Positions 62,618 to 64,000 of a stretch of DNA of 64,000 nucleotides are shown in pieces. The notes under the pieces were generated by a model. The model was not told the origin of the DNA and made no database searches. It saw only the letters and a program-made list of their open reading frames with translations. A program made the translations under genes and the position numbers. The DNA is from Mycobacterium sp. (GTDB taxonomy: Bacteria; Actinomycetota; Actinomycetes; Mycobacteriales; Mycobacteriaceae). How positions within the stretch are numbered: position 1 is the first letter of the stretch; each line of letters begins with the position of its first letter. Location of the stretch: assembly GCA_046330795.1 (NCBI GenBank), contig JAXLSA010000009.1; one strand, 5' to 3'.

Positions 62618-63325
62618 TCAGGGTCCGCCGAAGGGATAATCGAGGGTCGGCAGCCACTCCTTCCAGATCTGCTGCAGGCGACCGGATTCGACGAGCCGGC
62701 CGAGCGCGACATCGAGCTCGGCCAGGGTATCGGAGCGCTCCTTGGACACCGCGATCCCCCACTTGTTGGCGGTCGGCACGGTGAACGCCAACTCGTAGTC
62801 GGGATGCGTCGCGCCGAGGGGCACGAACACCACGTCGTCGTCGACGACCGCGTCGACGTCCTCGGCCCGCAGTGCTGCCAGCATGTCGGCGTAGACGTCG
62901 TCGGAGCCCGCGCCGAACGCGACAGGTACTGCGCCGGTGAAGGTTTCGACCAGCGCCATGTTGGTGCTGTTCTCGATCGCGGCCACCCGGCGGCCGACGA
63001 GGTCCGCGGGGGTGTGGATGCCCGCGCCGCGGCGCACCAGCACGCCCTCGTGGAACACCGCATAGGGCCGGGTGAAGTCCACCTGGGCCCGGCGCTCGGC
63101 GGTGATGCCCTGCCCGCACAGCACCGCGTCGGCGTCGCCGCGCTGCACGGCCGGGATCATGTCGACCCACGGCACCCGCACCCACTCGACGGGCCGGCCG
63201 AGTTCGGCGCCCAGCGCCGCGGCCACGGCGGGCTCGTAGCCCTGCCGGCCGTTCTCGGGCGTCCACAGCGAGAACAGCGGCGGCGCTTCGGCATCCAGGC
63301 AGGCGAGTCGCAGCGGCCCGGTCAC
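62618..63325 (-). CDS. Amino-acid ABC substrate-binding (SBP family 3) fold protein without signal peptide
   Basis: GYE..VA..L...L..PVEWV, ITAER...VDFT.PY; no hydrophobic leader or lipobox. Confidence 0.82.
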   Translation of the reverse strand: MTGPLRLACLDAEAPPLFSLWTPENGRQGYEPAVAAALGAELGRPVEWVRVPWVDMIPAVQRGDADAVLCGQGITAERRAQVDFTRPYAVFHEGVLVRRGAGIHTPADLVGRRVAAIENSTNMALVETFTGAVPVAFGAGSDDVYADMLAALRAEDVDAVVDDDVVFVPLGATHPDYELAFTVPTANKWGIAVSKERSDTLAELDVALGRLVESGRLQQIWKEWLPTLDYPFGGP

Positions 63326-64000
63326 GGCAGGTCATCCCAGTACATGGTGCGCTCCCAGTCGGTGACGTATCCACAGAACCTGGCCCACTCGTCGGCGTGG
63401 AAGTCGACGAGGAGTTCGGACAGCACGGGACCCAGCGCCTCGGTGAGCACCCCGTCGGCCCGGAACGCCTCGATGGCCTCGCCGAGCGTCAACGGCAGCG
63501 CCGGGAAGCGGACGTCGGCAGGCGTGTCGTACGACGAACCCTGCGTCGGGGCGCCGGGATCGGTCGAGTTCTTCAGGCCGTCCTCGCAGGCCGCCAGGAT
63601 CACCGCGTGCGACAGGTACGGGTTCACGGCCGCGTCGGGCAGCTTGTACTCGAGGCGCCCCACCGCCGACAGCCGGACCGTGCAGGTCTTGTTGTCCAGA
63701 CCCCAGTTGATCCGCGACGGCGCGAATTGCCCTGCATCCCAATACCGTTTGTAGGAGTTGACGGTGGAGCCGTTGATCAGCATGGCACCGGCCGAGTGCG
63801 ACAGCAGACCGCCCAGCGCGTGCTTGCCGACGTCGGTCAGGTGCAGTTCGGTGACACCGGGGTCGGCCAGCACGTTCACGCCGTCGCGCCAGAGGCTGAA
63901 GTTGTGGTGGCAGCCGTTGCCCATCATCCCGGTGGCCGGCTTGGGCATGAAGCTGGCCTCGATGCCCAGTTCGCGGGCGACCTGCTTGCAGATCTGCCGG
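63322..64000 (-). CDS. Glutamine synthetase-like gamma-glutamyl-amine ligase, C-terminal part (runs off the right edge)
   Basis: FMPKP...GNGCHHNFSLW, WGLDNKTCTVR, RLEYKLPD...NPY. Confidence 0.88.
   Translation of the reverse strand, partial: RQICKQVARELGIEASFMPKPATGMMGNGCHHNFSLWRDGVNVLADPGVTELHLTDVGKHALGGLLSHSAGAMLINGSTVNSYKRYWDAGQFAPSRINWGLDNKTCTVRLSAVGRLEYKLPDAAVNPYLSHAVILAACEDGLKNSTDPGAPTQGSSYDTPADVRFPALPLTLGEAIEAFRADGVLTEALGPVLSELLVDFHADEWARFCGYVTDWERTMYWDDLP

Overview
High-GC (visually about 70%) mycobacterial chromosome segment, most likely a non-tuberculous Mycobacterium/Mycolicibacterium. It is syntenic with M. tuberculosis Rv3199c-Rv3242c: nudC, K+ channel, adnAB, lipV, atl, moeZ, rhlE, parA-like, gpm2, entC, whiB1, pdtaS, bL37, rshA-sigH, SRAP, aroA, rsgA, desA3, ppk2, tgs, secA1, hpf, comF. 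Four accessory blocks interrupt this backbone: (1) a quinate/shikimate-to-protocatechuate catabolic island (aroQ, qsuB-like, TetR, shikimate DH, MFS, pcaHGBC; 22.0-30.3 kb); (2) a 576-aa probably exported unknown protein with an AT-rich, repeat-containing upstream region (32.0-34.0 kb); (3) a YdcF gene plus two small membrane-protein genes (37.7-39.0 kb); (4) a gamma-glutamylation-type amine catabolic cluster feeding a glutarate/glutaryl-CoA module (54.5-64 kb, running off the window). The most unusual signals are a ~50-bp palindromic element inserted in frame into two unrelated enzymes (both encode GPRARGTxPLAEPG), a 61-bp REP/MITE-like family (ATCTGTTCAG...CTGAACAGAT), a substrate-binding-fold protein with no export signal coupled to a GS-like ligase, and a C-terminally extended bL37. 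No rRNA, tRNA, CRISPR array or transposase was seen. Gene names come from recognised motifs and recalled synteny; no database search was run. Start codons were refined by eye.
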